From assembly GCA_017517135.1 (NCBI GenBank), contig JAFXAK010000031.1:84782-148781 (forward strand): DNA of 64,000 nt. Direction: 5' to 3'. The stretch comes from Clostridia bacterium (lineage in GTDB: Bacteria > Bacillota > Clostridia > Oscillospirales > Acutalibacteraceae). Position numbers and translations under genes: made by a program. The notes beneath the pieces were generated by a model, which was not told the DNA's origin, made no database searches, and worked only from the letters and a program-made list of their open reading frames with translations. Shown here piece after piece: positions 19,693 to 29,036 of the stretch (positions are counted from its first letter, which is position 1; every line of letters begins with the position of its first letter).

Positions 19693-19697
19693 TTCCT

Positions 19698-20408
19698 ATG
19701 CAGATGCTTATGAGCCGTATGCGTGCGGCTATGCAGAAATATGATATGATTAACGCGGGGGACAAAATTGCCGTCGGTGTTTCGGGCGGCAAGGATTCCC
19801 TTGCATTGCTTTATGCATTAGCTGAAATCAGACGGTTTTATCCCGTAAAATATGATATTACGGCATTGAGTGTTGATCCGCGTTTTAATAACGAGGACGG
19901 AGATTTTTCAGGAATTGAAACGCTGTGCAAAGAACTCCAAGTTGAATACATAATTAAAAGAACCGAGCTTGCACATATAATTTTTGAAGAGAGAAAAGAA
20001 AAAAATCCCTGCTCATTATGTGCGAGAATGCGAAGAGGAATTCTGCACGATATGGCAAAGGAAGCAGGCTGCAACAAGCTCGCTTTAGGGCATCATATGG
20101 ACGATGCCGCCGAAACCTTTATGATGAATCTTCTTTCGGGCGGCACGGCTGAAAGCTTCAGACCTGTAACATACCTGTCGAGAAAGGATATGTATGTAAT
20201 ACGGCCTATGATTTTTGCAACGGAAAAAGAGGTTTCCTCTGCTGCAAGAAAGCAGGAGCTTCCCGTAGTAAAAAGCCGTTGTCCGAATGACAAGGAAAGC
20301 GAAAGAGAAAATATAAAAAATCTTTTGCTCTCACTCGAAAAAACATACCCCGCAGTAAAAGAAAAAATTATCGGTGCTCTGCAAAAAGGGCAGATTTCAG
20401 GCTGGTAA
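19698..20408 (+). CDS. PP-loop ATPase, TtcA-family tRNA thiolation protein
   Basis: The PP-loop is VGVSGGKDS, followed by CSLCARMRRG and LGHHMDDAAETF. The exact start is uncertain, with ATGs at 19698, 19704 and 19710. Confidence 0.82.
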   Translation: MQMLMSRMRAAMQKYDMINAGDKIAVGVSGGKDSLALLYALAEIRRFYPVKYDITALSVDPRFNNEDGDFSGIETLCKELQVEYIIKRTELAHIIFEERKEKNPCSLCARMRRGILHDMAKEAGCNKLALGHHMDDAAETFMMNLLSGGTAESFRPVTYLSRKDMYVIRPMIFATEKEVSSAARKQELPVVKSRCPNDKESERENIKNLLLSLEKTYPAVKEKIIGALQKGQISGW

Positions 20409-20424
20409 CAAAGGAGAAATTTTT

Positions 20425-21633
20425 ATGAAATATGTTGTTTTTCTTTATGACGGAATGGCAGACTATCCCGTCGAGGAATTAGGCGGCAAAACGCCTATGG
20501 AGGTTGCAAAGAAGCCTAATTTTGATAAAATGGGCAAAAAGGGTGAAACAGGACTTGTTAAAACAGTTGACGATTCTCTCAAGCCCGGCAGCGATGTTGC
20601 GAATTTAAGCGTTTTAGGCTACGATCCCACAAAGAGCTATACAGGCCGCTCCCCTCTTGAGGCTGTAAGCATAGGTGTCAAGCTTTCAGACACGGATGTT
20701 ACATTGAGATGCAATCTCGTTACCTTGTCAGACGAAGAAAATTACGAAGACAAAACTATGGTGGACTACTCCGCAGGTGACATTTCAACTGCAGATGCCG
20801 CTGTCCTCATAAAGGCAGTCGAGGAGCATTTCGGCAACGAAATATACAAATTCTATGCAGGTGTTGCATACCGTCATTGTCTTGTATGGAATAACGGTAC
20901 AACTTCGCTCGGCAATATGACTCCTCCGCACGACATCTCGGGCAGAGTTATAGGAGAATATCTCTCAAAGAGCGAAAACGCAAAGGACCTTTTGAGAATG
21001 ATGAAGGAAAGCTACGAGCTTCTTTCAGCTCATCCTCTCAACAAGGAAAGAGTTGCTAAGGGGCTTCGTCCGGCAAACTCAATCTGGCTGTGGGGCGAGG
21101 GCACAAAGCCTCAGCTCGATACATACGAGAATGTATACTCTCTTAAAGGCAGTATCATTTCCGCAGTTGACCTTCTCAAGGGTATCGGTATTCTTGCAGG
21201 TATGCGTACTCCCGAGGTCGAGGGTGCAACAGGCTATATTGACACAAACTTTGAGGGCAAGGCAAAGTGTGCGGTTGAAGAGCTTAAAAATCATTCCGAT
21301 TTTGTTTATCTGCACTTTGAAGCACCCGACGAATGCGGTCACAGAAACGAGCTCAAAAACAAAATCCGTTCAATAGAGCTTATTGACGAAATCGTACTCC
21401 CCATAGTTCTTGAGGAGCTCGAAAAGTATGACGATTACAAGGTTATGATTCTTCCCGACCATCCCACTCCCATGCAGACAAACACTCACGCAAGAGATCC
21501 CGTTCCTTATATGATTTATCATAAGAACGGCGAAAAAGACGGTGTTGACTGTGTCTGCGAGGCTACAGCAAAGGAAACAGGCAATTATTACGCTTCGGGC
21601 GTTGAGCTTATGAAGCATTTTCTCGGAAAATAA
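20425..21633 (+). CDS. apgM: Cofactor-independent phosphoglycerate mutase, archaeal-type (ApgM family)
   Basis: The start is the ATG at 20425 after AAGGAGA. The sequence reads MKYVVFLYDGMADYP...GKTPMEVAKKPNFD...FEAPDECGH...PDHPTP. Confidence 0.87.
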   Translation: MKYVVFLYDGMADYPVEELGGKTPMEVAKKPNFDKMGKKGETGLVKTVDDSLKPGSDVANLSVLGYDPTKSYTGRSPLEAVSIGVKLSDTDVTLRCNLVTLSDEENYEDKTMVDYSAGDISTADAAVLIKAVEEHFGNEIYKFYAGVAYRHCLVWNNGTTSLGNMTPPHDISGRVIGEYLSKSENAKDLLRMMKESYELLSAHPLNKERVAKGLRPANSIWLWGEGTKPQLDTYENVYSLKGSIISAVDLLKGIGILAGMRTPEVEGATGYIDTNFEGKAKCAVEELKNHSDFVYLHFEAPDECGHRNELKNKIRSIELIDEIVLPIVLEELEKYDDYKVMILPDHPTPMQTNTHARDPVPYMIYHKNGEKDGVDCVCEATAKETGNYYASGVELMKHFLGK

Positions 21634-21690
21634 ATTTTAATACTGCATTATTGATATCAGTTGTGTTCATACTCCCTTAGAGGTGTTTTT

Positions 21691-23154
21691 ATGAACGAAC
21701 CGCTTGTTCTCACATTTGATATCGGCACACAAAGCATAAGAGCCGCTCTTGTAAAAAAAGACGGCTCTTTTTTGGCGTTCACGCAAAAAGCTTATTCCGT
21801 TCCGTTCTTTTCACCCTCCCCTCTTTTTGCAGAACAGACACCCGATTTCTATTTTGAAATGCTGTGCACAGCCTCGAAAAAGCTTTTAAGTGAAAATAAA
21901 GACCATATAAAAAATATAATATCCGTATGTGTGACCACACTCAGGGACAGCGTGCTGTGTCTTGATAAAGATATGAAGCCGCTTCGCAACATAATTCTCT
22001 GGACAGACAAAAGAGAAGCCGAGTTCAATAAACCCTTCGGGCTTATAAGAAGCGGTCTCTTTTCGGCTGTGGGGATGTATAAAACGGCAAAAATGCAATA
22101 TATAAATTCCGCCTGCAACTGGATAATGCAGAATGAAAAAGAAGTGTGGCAAAAAACACATAAATTTGTATATCTGTCCGCATATATAAACTGTAAGCTG
22201 ACGGGAAATTTAGTTGACAGCACGGCATCCGCAATCGGGCATATGCCCTTGAACTATAAAAAGGGAAAATGGCAAAGGGGCAAAAGTCTTACAAAAAATG
22301 TATACGATATCCCTTTTTCAAAGCTGTGCGATTTAATAAGTCCGGGGGAAGAGGTCGGAAAAATAACAGAAAAGGCAAGTTTTCTCACAGGTATCCCCGA
22401 AGGCTTACCTCTTATCGCCTCAGGCTCTGACAAGGGCTGTGAAACTCTGGGGCTGGGTGTTATCTCTCCTGATACTGCCGCTGTGTCCTTGGGCACAACC
22501 GCATCGGTACAGATAACAAGCAGAAAATATATTTCTCCAAAAACCTTTGTGCCTGCCTTTCCCGCTGTTATAAAAAATATGTATAATGCCGAGGTGCAGA
22601 TATATTCGGGCTTTCGGCTTATTTCTCTTTTTATGGAATATTTCTCCGATAATTATATGAATTACGAAGATTTCAACAGTAAACTTAATCTTATTCCTGC
22701 AGGCTCAAAGGGACTGAATGTATATCCATTCTGGACCGCAGACATTTTAAAGCCCACGGCAAAGGGAGAAATCACGGGAATAACAGATGCACACACACCC
22801 TTTTATCTGTACAAGGCAATAATCGAGGGGATTATATTTGAATTAAAAAGCGGTATTATCCGTCTTGAAAAACGAAGTCATACGAAAATCAAAAAAATCT
22901 GTCTCAGCGGCGGCGGCGCAAAAAGCGAGGCTGTCTGTCAGCTTTGTGCGGATATTTTTGAAAGAAAGGTGATAAAAATACAGACCGAGCAGGCAAGCAC
23001 GCTCGGAGCGGCTATGCTTGCATTTACGGCTATGGGGGAATTTGTGGATATAAAGGCCGCGATAAAGGCTATGTCGCACGAAAAAGATGTTTTTTATCCC
23101 ACCGCAGTCAAGGCGGAGGAATATAAGAAAATATACAAAAAAAGAAAAAATTAG
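21691..23154 (+). CDS. FGGY-family carbohydrate kinase
   Basis: LVLTFDIGTQSIRAAL is a typical FGGY N-terminus, with a C-terminal GGGAKS motif. The start is the ATG at 21691 after AGAGGTG. Confidence 0.85.
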   Translation: MNEPLVLTFDIGTQSIRAALVKKDGSFLAFTQKAYSVPFFSPSPLFAEQTPDFYFEMLCTASKKLLSENKDHIKNIISVCVTTLRDSVLCLDKDMKPLRNIILWTDKREAEFNKPFGLIRSGLFSAVGMYKTAKMQYINSACNWIMQNEKEVWQKTHKFVYLSAYINCKLTGNLVDSTASAIGHMPLNYKKGKWQRGKSLTKNVYDIPFSKLCDLISPGEEVGKITEKASFLTGIPEGLPLIASGSDKGCETLGLGVISPDTAAVSLGTTASVQITSRKYISPKTFVPAFPAVIKNMYNAEVQIYSGFRLISLFMEYFSDNYMNYEDFNSKLNLIPAGSKGLNVYPFWTADILKPTAKGEITGITDAHTPFYLYKAIIEGIIFELKSGIIRLEKRSHTKIKKICLSGGGAKSEAVCQLCADIFERKVIKIQTEQASTLGAAMLAFTAMGEFVDIKAAIKAMSHEKDVFYPTAVKAEEYKKIYKKRKN

Positions 23155-23225
23155 CTTTTATGCCAATTGACTTTACCGCCGCTTTCCTGTACGATATAAA
23201 TATACATTTTTACAGGAGGTTTCTT

Positions 23226-25985
23226 ATGAAAATCACTCTCGTTCTGTTTTTCAGAAAAGCTATGGCTTTTATTATGAGCTTACTTGTTTCCTGGGGAATT
23301 TGCTCAACGGATGTTCCCGCAACAGAGAACATTCTGCGAGGTGAAGAAAACACAATCACAGAATACAGCAAAGAAAACTCAGACTATTACCTCTCAATAG
23401 ATGCCGCCAATGAGGTACACGAGATCAGCGATCTGCTATACGGTGTATTCTTTGAGGACATAAATTTTGCGGCAGACGGCGGCCTTTATGCCGAAATGGT
23501 GATAAACCGCTCCTTTGAATACGGCAGCTTAGCCGCAGGCGATCAGCTTCACGGCTGGAGCACTGTAGGCAATGCCGAAAACAGCGTAAAAATAAACGAC
23601 ACGGAAAATGCACTCAACCCAAACAACACCAATTATCTTGTTATCTCAAATACCTCGTCCGAAAAGGCAGGCATTGCAAACAAGGGCTTCCTTGACGGTA
23701 TGGCAATAACAAGCGGTGTTACATACGATTTTTCCGTTTATGCAAAGGCTATCGATAATTTTAACGGAGAAATAACAGTCAGACTTGTTGCAGGTAACGA
23801 GATTGCGGCAGAAGGCTCTTTCGGTTCACTCACAGCTGAATGGGAAAAATACGAGCTGTCACTCGTTTCGTCAATAACTGCTTCAACGGATGTTTATCTG
23901 CAGGTGCTTACAGACGGCGGTGAGGTAGCAATCGATATGGTATCGCTCTTCCCTCCCACATATAATGACCACGGTTTAAGATACGACCTTGTTGAAAAGT
24001 TAGCAGAACTTGAACCCTCTTTCCTGCGTTTTCCCGGAGGCTGTATCATTGAAGGCTACGATATGGAAACTGCATATGACTGGAAGGACTCAATAGGTGT
24101 TGACGAGAACGGACAGCCTCTTGAATTCAACGGCAAATTGGGCGATGTGGCAGCGCGTTCATACGGAATAAATATCTGGACAGATGTTGCAGCCGAGGAA
24201 GATCCATATCCGTGCTATATGAGCTACGGACTTGGCTTCTATGAATATTTTGTTCTCGCTGAAGACATCGGTGCTATAGGTGTGCCTGTTCTCAACTGCG
24301 GTCTTTACTGTCAGATGAGAGGTAAAGGTCCTCTTGCGATGTATACTGCAGACGGCAGATATCTCAAGGAATTCTACAAGTATATTCAGGATATGCTTGA
24401 CCTCGTTGAATTCTGCAGAGGTGACGAAAGCACGGTATGGGGAAGAGTAAGAATTTCTCTCGGTCACGAGGAGCCCTTTGAGCTTAAATACATCTGCATA
24501 GGCAACGAAAACGAGGGCGAGGACTACTTTGAAAGATATGAGGTATTCCTCAAGGAATTCAATAAGGCAAAGGCAGAAAATCCCGAGCTTTATAAGGGAA
24601 TCGAGCTTATATATTCATCGGGTGCCGCAGAGGGTACAACAGGTGCTAACTATTTCACATCCTATGAAAATGCATATAACTATGTAAAAGAAAACGGCAT
24701 CACTATAGACGAATATGCAGGTGCTACCGACCAGCATTACTACAAGGATCCCATATGGTATCTTGAAAACACCGACTATTATGATGAGGACAACTATTCA
24801 AGAGATTATGAATCCATGCTTGACTCACCTCTGGGAGGCGGATTGAAGGTATTTGTGGGTGAATATGCAGCCCGTTCAAACACACTCAACGCGGCTTTGG
24901 CAGAGGCGGCATATATGACGGGACTTGAAAGAAACGGCGATATAGTTGTTATGGCTGCATACGCTCCCCTCTTCGGCAACCTTACGGCAACCCATTGGTC
25001 ACCCGATCTTATATGGTTCAACAATTCCGTTTCAACAGGCTCTATTAACTACTATATGCAAAAGCTGTTCTCCACAAATGCCGGCACAACCCTCTTAGGC
25101 TCAACTCTTGACGGAGCATTAGTTGAACACGAAAAGCTCACCGGTATGGTGGGACTCGGCACATGGAACACATCGGCACAGTTTGACGATATAAAGGTAA
25201 CCGACAACGCAACGGGCGAGGTTCTCGCAGAAGACAATTTCTCCATATTAAACTTCAAGTGGAACTGGCAGGAGCACGGCAGCGAGGGAGAATGGAAAAT
25301 CAAGAACGGAGTGCTTAAACAGTCAAAGGTTTATGCGGACTATAATGAATTAGGTGTTGCAGCATATTTCGGTGACACCGAATGGTCTGATTACACATAT
25401 ACCTTCAAGGCAACAAAGCTTGACGGTGACGAAGGCTTCTATATTCCGTTCCTTATTGAGGATGAGAACAACTGCTTCTACTGGAATATAGGCGGCTGGG
25501 GCAACACAAAATCCTCAATACAGAGAATCAAGGACGGCATAAAAACAGGCGAAACCTTTGATACTACAACTGATTTTACTGTTGAAACAGGTGTTACCTA
25601 CGAAATAAAGATAGTTGTAAACGGCACTCACATTCAGGGTTATATTGACGGCGAATTACAGTTTGACTACAACGCAGAATCCGACACATTGGCAGAAAGC
25701 TATCATGTTGTATCAACCGACGAAAGCGGCGATATAATAATAAAGCTTGTAAATGTAACAGATTCCGACAGAACATTTGCAATAGATATAGAGAATGCAG
25801 AAAATCTTGATTCTGTTGCCAAGGTTTATCAGGTAGCAGGCGATTCACTCAGCAATGACAACATCCTCGGTGCCGAGGAAGACTGTATTATGGTCGATTT
25901 CACGGTTGAAGGTATAACAGAACAGTTCAACTACACAGTACCGCAGTACAGTGCAACGGTTATAAGAATTGCAAGCGAAAAATAA
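23226..25985 (+). CDS. Multimodular secreted alpha-L-arabinofuranosidase (GH51-like) with extra N- and C-terminal modules
   Basis: The start is the ATG at 23226 after AGGAGG, and a signal peptide follows. FFEDINFAADGGLYAEMVINRSFE marks the N-terminal module. FPGGC and CIGNENEG point to the acid/base residue, and VFVGEYAA to the nucleophile region. A C-terminal beta-sandwich-like region of about 300 aa follows. Confidence 0.8.
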   Translation: MKITLVLFFRKAMAFIMSLLVSWGICSTDVPATENILRGEENTITEYSKENSDYYLSIDAANEVHEISDLLYGVFFEDINFAADGGLYAEMVINRSFEYGSLAAGDQLHGWSTVGNAENSVKINDTENALNPNNTNYLVISNTSSEKAGIANKGFLDGMAITSGVTYDFSVYAKAIDNFNGEITVRLVAGNEIAAEGSFGSLTAEWEKYELSLVSSITASTDVYLQVLTDGGEVAIDMVSLFPPTYNDHGLRYDLVEKLAELEPSFLRFPGGCIIEGYDMETAYDWKDSIGVDENGQPLEFNGKLGDVAARSYGINIWTDVAAEEDPYPCYMSYGLGFYEYFVLAEDIGAIGVPVLNCGLYCQMRGKGPLAMYTADGRYLKEFYKYIQDMLDLVEFCRGDESTVWGRVRISLGHEEPFELKYICIGNENEGEDYFERYEVFLKEFNKAKAENPELYKGIELIYSSGAAEGTTGANYFTSYENAYNYVKENGITIDEYAGATDQHYYKDPIWYLENTDYYDEDNYSRDYESMLDSPLGGGLKVFVGEYAARSNTLNAALAEAAYMTGLERNGDIVVMAAYAPLFGNLTATHWSPDLIWFNNSVSTGSINYYMQKLFSTNAGTTLLGSTLDGALVEHEKLTGMVGLGTWNTSAQFDDIKVTDNATGEVLAEDNFSILNFKWNWQEHGSEGEWKIKNGVLKQSKVYADYNELGVAAYFGDTEWSDYTYTFKATKLDGDEGFYIPFLIEDENNCFYWNIGGWGNTKSSIQRIKDGIKTGETFDTTTDFTVETGVTYEIKIVVNGTHIQGYIDGELQFDYNAESDTLAESYHVVSTDESGDIIIKLVNVTDSDRTFAIDIENAENLDSVAKVYQVAGDSLSNDNILGAEEDCIMVDFTVEGITEQFNYTVPQYSATVIRIASEK

Positions 25986-26023
25986 CAAAACGAATTTAAT
26001 TTAATCTGAAGTAAAAATGTAAA

Positions 26024-26080
26024 AAGGGGCTGTATCAAACATCAAAACAGATGTTATCGGTACAGCCCCTTGATATTTTA
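26024..26080. terminator. Bidirectional intrinsic terminator at left edge of AT-rich island
   Basis: The arms ggggctgta (26027-26035) and tacagcccc (26062-26070) are flanked by A-runs and T-runs. Confidence 0.6.
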
Positions 26081-26584
26081 TTGAGAATTTATGTCATCTT
26101 TTATTTTTTTATATTTCTCTATATTGATTTTTTCCTCTGCGAGCATTTTTTCTACCCATAATTGCAGAGTTTCGACGGTTATTGAAATTCGCTCCAATTC
26201 CTTTTGAATGAAAACAAAGTCCTTTATTTCGTCGTCGGAGATTTCTCCGTCTGCGGTGATTTCAATAAGTCTTTCCTGACTTTTCTTCATCGAATTAAGC
26301 GAGGACAGCATTTCAAGAACTATCTGAGCTAAGTCCTTTACCTTTATTTCGGGAACATATTTCTGACCTATCGGACATTCCTTTGAGCAATAGTGATTGC
26401 ACAGCATAGGCTCACCGTATATCTGAGAAAGAAGCATAACCTCTTCGGGCTGAATATCAAACTTTCCGTTCTCTATTCTTTCGAGCCTTTCACTCTGCAA
26501 GGGAAATTTAAGCTCATTTGCCTTATCGCAGACCTCGTCTCTTGTGAGAGAAAGCTTTTTTCTTATATCTTTGTATACGGACAT
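26078..26584 (-). CDS. XRE-family HTH protein with Cys-rich motif
   Basis: The HTH region is LSLTRDEVCDKANELKFPLQSERLERIENGK, followed by CNHYCSKECPIG. The start is the ATG at 26584 after AAAGGTGA. Confidence 0.7.
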   Translation of the reverse strand: MSVYKDIRKKLSLTRDEVCDKANELKFPLQSERLERIENGKFDIQPEEVMLLSQIYGEPMLCNHYCSKECPIGQKYVPEIKVKDLAQIVLEMLSSLNSMKKSQERLIEITADGEISDDEIKDFVFIQKELERISITVETLQLWVEKMLAEEKINIEKYKKIKDDINSQ

Positions 26585-26665
26585 TGTGTTCACCTTTTTA
26601 TTTCAAATATTTACTTAAGTTTAACACAGAATTTTATTTTTTACAATAATTATCAGATAATAAAT

Positions 26666-26702
26666 AAGCCCGGATTTACATACAGTAAATCCGAGGCTTT
26701 GT
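26666..26702 (-). terminator. Terminator after the three-gene module
   Basis: On the minus strand, AAGCCTCGGATTTAC-loop-GTAAATCCGGGCTT is followed by an A/T-rich tail. Confidence 0.45.
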
Positions 26703-26712
26703 TATATAAAAA

Positions 26713-27627
26713 TTAATCTACATATAATCTGTAGGCTAAATCAGAAACATCTGAAGAAAAAGGATATACCTTAAAATAATAATATCCGTTTTCTGTTATA
26801 CTTATTGTCCTTGTCTGCTCAAGCGTTGATGCAACTAAACTGCTAATCAAATCTCCTTGTGCATTATATATTCTAACATCATAATCATAATCTTCCGATG
26901 GTGACCTAAAATAAACATTAGTTGTTCCTGTAAGTCGTATTTTATAATAATCTATATCTGAAGAAGATGATATTGTACCATTAATCCATGTGTTTTGGAG
27001 TCTTGCTTCCGCAGTGGCCATTGTATTATTTGCACTTGGTGTTTCATTCCACCAAAAACATGAATGATCCGGCGCAATATGTCCATTTTTAAACGGTGCA
27101 ATAGCAAATGTGCTTTCTGAATAAACAGTATACTTATTTTCAATAATATAATGCCTTCCTTCCTGAGCACTGATTTTATACTTTGAACCGGCACTATTTT
27201 CTACATCTAATCCAAGAATAACACTATAGTATGTATTGGCTTCAATATCTTCCGGGGCATATGTCCCAACTGCAATATTAACTTCTCCAGGTCTATCAGC
27301 AAATGCTGTATCAAAATACGGATTCGGCAAATCAGTATGATATATTCTGTTGCTTGTCGCATATGCATTGTCATCATAGTCATAAAACAGTAGTTCCTGT
27401 TCATATGTATCTGTAGAACTATCAAATTCTGTAAGTCCAACAGAATTCCATTCTAAAAGCATACAACCACCTGTGCCATTAACTTCATCAAAATCTCCAA
27501 AACTACAAAAACCAAAATATGGCGAATATGTATTATATGAAGCTGCATTAGCAATAATCACACAAAAAAAACTCAAACAAAAACAGAAACAAAATATTAT
27601 TATTCTTTTTAAGTTATTTGTTTTCAT
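26713..27627 (-). CDS. Secreted protein with C-terminal pre-peptidase-C-terminal (PPC)-like beta domain, function unknown
   Basis: The ATG at 27627 follows AGAGGTGA. The signal peptide is ...CVIIANA|AS. The C-terminal region SSSDIDYYKIRLTGTTNVYFRSPSEDYDYDVRIYNAQGDLI resembles PPC/bacterial pre-peptidase domains. Confidence 0.6.
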   Translation of the reverse strand: MKTNNLKRIIIFCFCFCLSFFCVIIANAASYNTYSPYFGFCSFGDFDEVNGTGGCMLLEWNSVGLTEFDSSTDTYEQELLFYDYDDNAYATSNRIYHTDLPNPYFDTAFADRPGEVNIAVGTYAPEDIEANTYYSVILGLDVENSAGSKYKISAQEGRHYIIENKYTVYSESTFAIAPFKNGHIAPDHSCFWWNETPSANNTMATAEARLQNTWINGTISSSSDIDYYKIRLTGTTNVYFRSPSEDYDYDVRIYNAQGDLISSLVASTLEQTRTISITENGYYYFKVYPFSSDVSDLAYRLYVD

Positions 27628-28321
27628 TAATTTCACCTCTTTGTTCTTTGTTTATTGGGGTTATAATATTGTTATTATCAAAATCCAGTATTTCTACAAC
27701 ATAAACAAAATCTTCAGCAATTAAGTTTAGCATTTCTGCCCCTGAACCTTTAACTTTCATTCCACTTATTTGAAGTTTGTCTTCTCTTAAGGCTTTCTTA
27801 TCCTCTTTCAATTTATCTATTTGATTCTGTAATTTTTCAATTGTTTCATAAAATTCGCAAAAATCATCACTTTCTTTTGAATATGTTTTTAAACTATCCA
27901 ATTCTGCCTGAAGATTTTCTCTTTTGTTTTCTAACTCACTCAAATTACTACAAATAACATCATATAATTCTTCCTTATGTGCTTTAATTATTTTGTTTGA
28001 TTTCATTTGACTATTGTTTATATAACAACCGGAAGATTGGCGACCGGATTCAGTTACAAGATTGTGATATGAGGCTATAATATCTAAATTTGCATATTCT
28101 TCCAATGATACATCATCATTAAAGCTAAGCATTACAGTAAATTCTTTTTCGGGTAACTCTGCAAATTCATTGTATCTGTTTTCCGCATAAGCTAAACGGT
28201 CGGAAATATTAAACTTCATATACTCTCTCGCACTAACTTTTTGTGTCTCGGAAATTTTCCATACAAGCGCAGTAACCGCCATAAATAAAACAATTACAAC
28301 AACAAAACATTTTCTTTTCAT
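27614..28321 (-). CDS. N-terminally membrane-anchored protein with coiled-coil insert (paralog of 28334-28867)
   Basis: A GAGGAGA RBS is present and the TM segment is CFVVVIVLFMAVTALVW. The coiled coil reads LSELENKRENLQAELDSLK...LQNQIDKLKEDKKALRE. Confidence 0.6.
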   Translation of the reverse strand: MKRKCFVVVIVLFMAVTALVWKISETQKVSAREYMKFNISDRLAYAENRYNEFAELPEKEFTVMLSFNDDVSLEEYANLDIIASYHNLVTESGRQSSGCYINNSQMKSNKIIKAHKEELYDVICSNLSELENKRENLQAELDSLKTYSKESDDFCEFYETIEKLQNQIDKLKEDKKALREDKLQISGMKVKGSGAEMLNLIAEDFVYVVEILDFDNNNIITPINKEQRGEINENK

Positions 28322-28333
28322 TATTATTCTCCT

Positions 28334-28867
28334 CTATATAGTGTTATTCACCGGATTGACAAAAGAATCAAACAAAAAAATATTAATCAACTGAACAGAA
28401 TTATTTTCCAGCAACTCAGTTAATTCTCTTCCGCTTGCCCTCATTCTGATACCGGTAACTACAGCAATTTTCTCATCGGATTCGGCAAAAAGTCGCTTAT
28501 GTGTTTCGCCAAAAACCTCACTTCCTTTTTGAAATAGGTTATCACTGGGAAACCTACCTGTTGTTCGCTGTCTTTGAGAATCATAATATATATAGCTCAT
28601 ATAAACATGCTTAATCTCGTCAAACTCTGAAAAAATATTTTCTGCTTCATCATATGAAATATCATCAAGACTAACAAGAACATCATATTTGGCAAAAGGA
28701 AAAAGCTTAAATTCAAAATATTGATATTCTGACAAGGAAACTCTGATATCCATATCTTTTGCTTCATTAAAAAACATTGTACTTATACGACCGGGAAGAA
28801 AAACAACCAAAAACATTAATGTTATTACTGTAAGTGTAACACAAAAAAATATCTTCTTCTTTTTCAC
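28334..28867 (-). CDS. N-terminally membrane-anchored protein, function unknown
   Basis: It has a GTG start at 28865-28867 with an AAAGGAA RBS. The TM segment is IFFCVTLTVITLMFLVVFL. Confidence 0.55.
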   Translation of the reverse strand: MKKKKIFFCVTLTVITLMFLVVFLPGRISTMFFNEAKDMDIRVSLSEYQYFEFKLFPFAKYDVLVSLDDISYDEAENIFSEFDEIKHVYMSYIYYDSQRQRTTGRFPSDNLFQKGSEVFGETHKRLFAESDEKIAVVTGIRMRASGRELTELLENNSVQLINIFLFDSFVNPVNNTI

Positions 28868-28961
28868 AATATATCATTCCTTTCAGTCCAAGTTAAATGA
28901 GGTATCAGAGGTAATTTATTTTTATAATAGCAGTCATACCGCCAAAAAATCAATCTCCAAA

Positions 28962-28993
28962 ACATAAATGCAGAAAAATACGACACAAATGCA
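28962..28993 (-). promoter_or_regulatory. LytTR-type direct repeats upstream of the three-gene module
   Basis: On the minus strand, TGCATTTGTGT and TGCATTTATGT start exactly 21 nt apart. They are followed by TTGATT-18 nt-TATTAT. Confidence 0.45.
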
Positions 28994-29036
28994 TAAATTC
29001 CTTAATATTAAGAACATAAACAGTACTATAATATTC

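Noticed and set aside
26690-26706. A shared string, GAGGCTTTGTTAT, at 26693 and 44953, which might hint at a dispersed repeat.
   Set aside because: Only about 13 nt are identical, the contexts differ (a terminator arm versus an RBS region), and there is no extended similarity. It is most likely chance.
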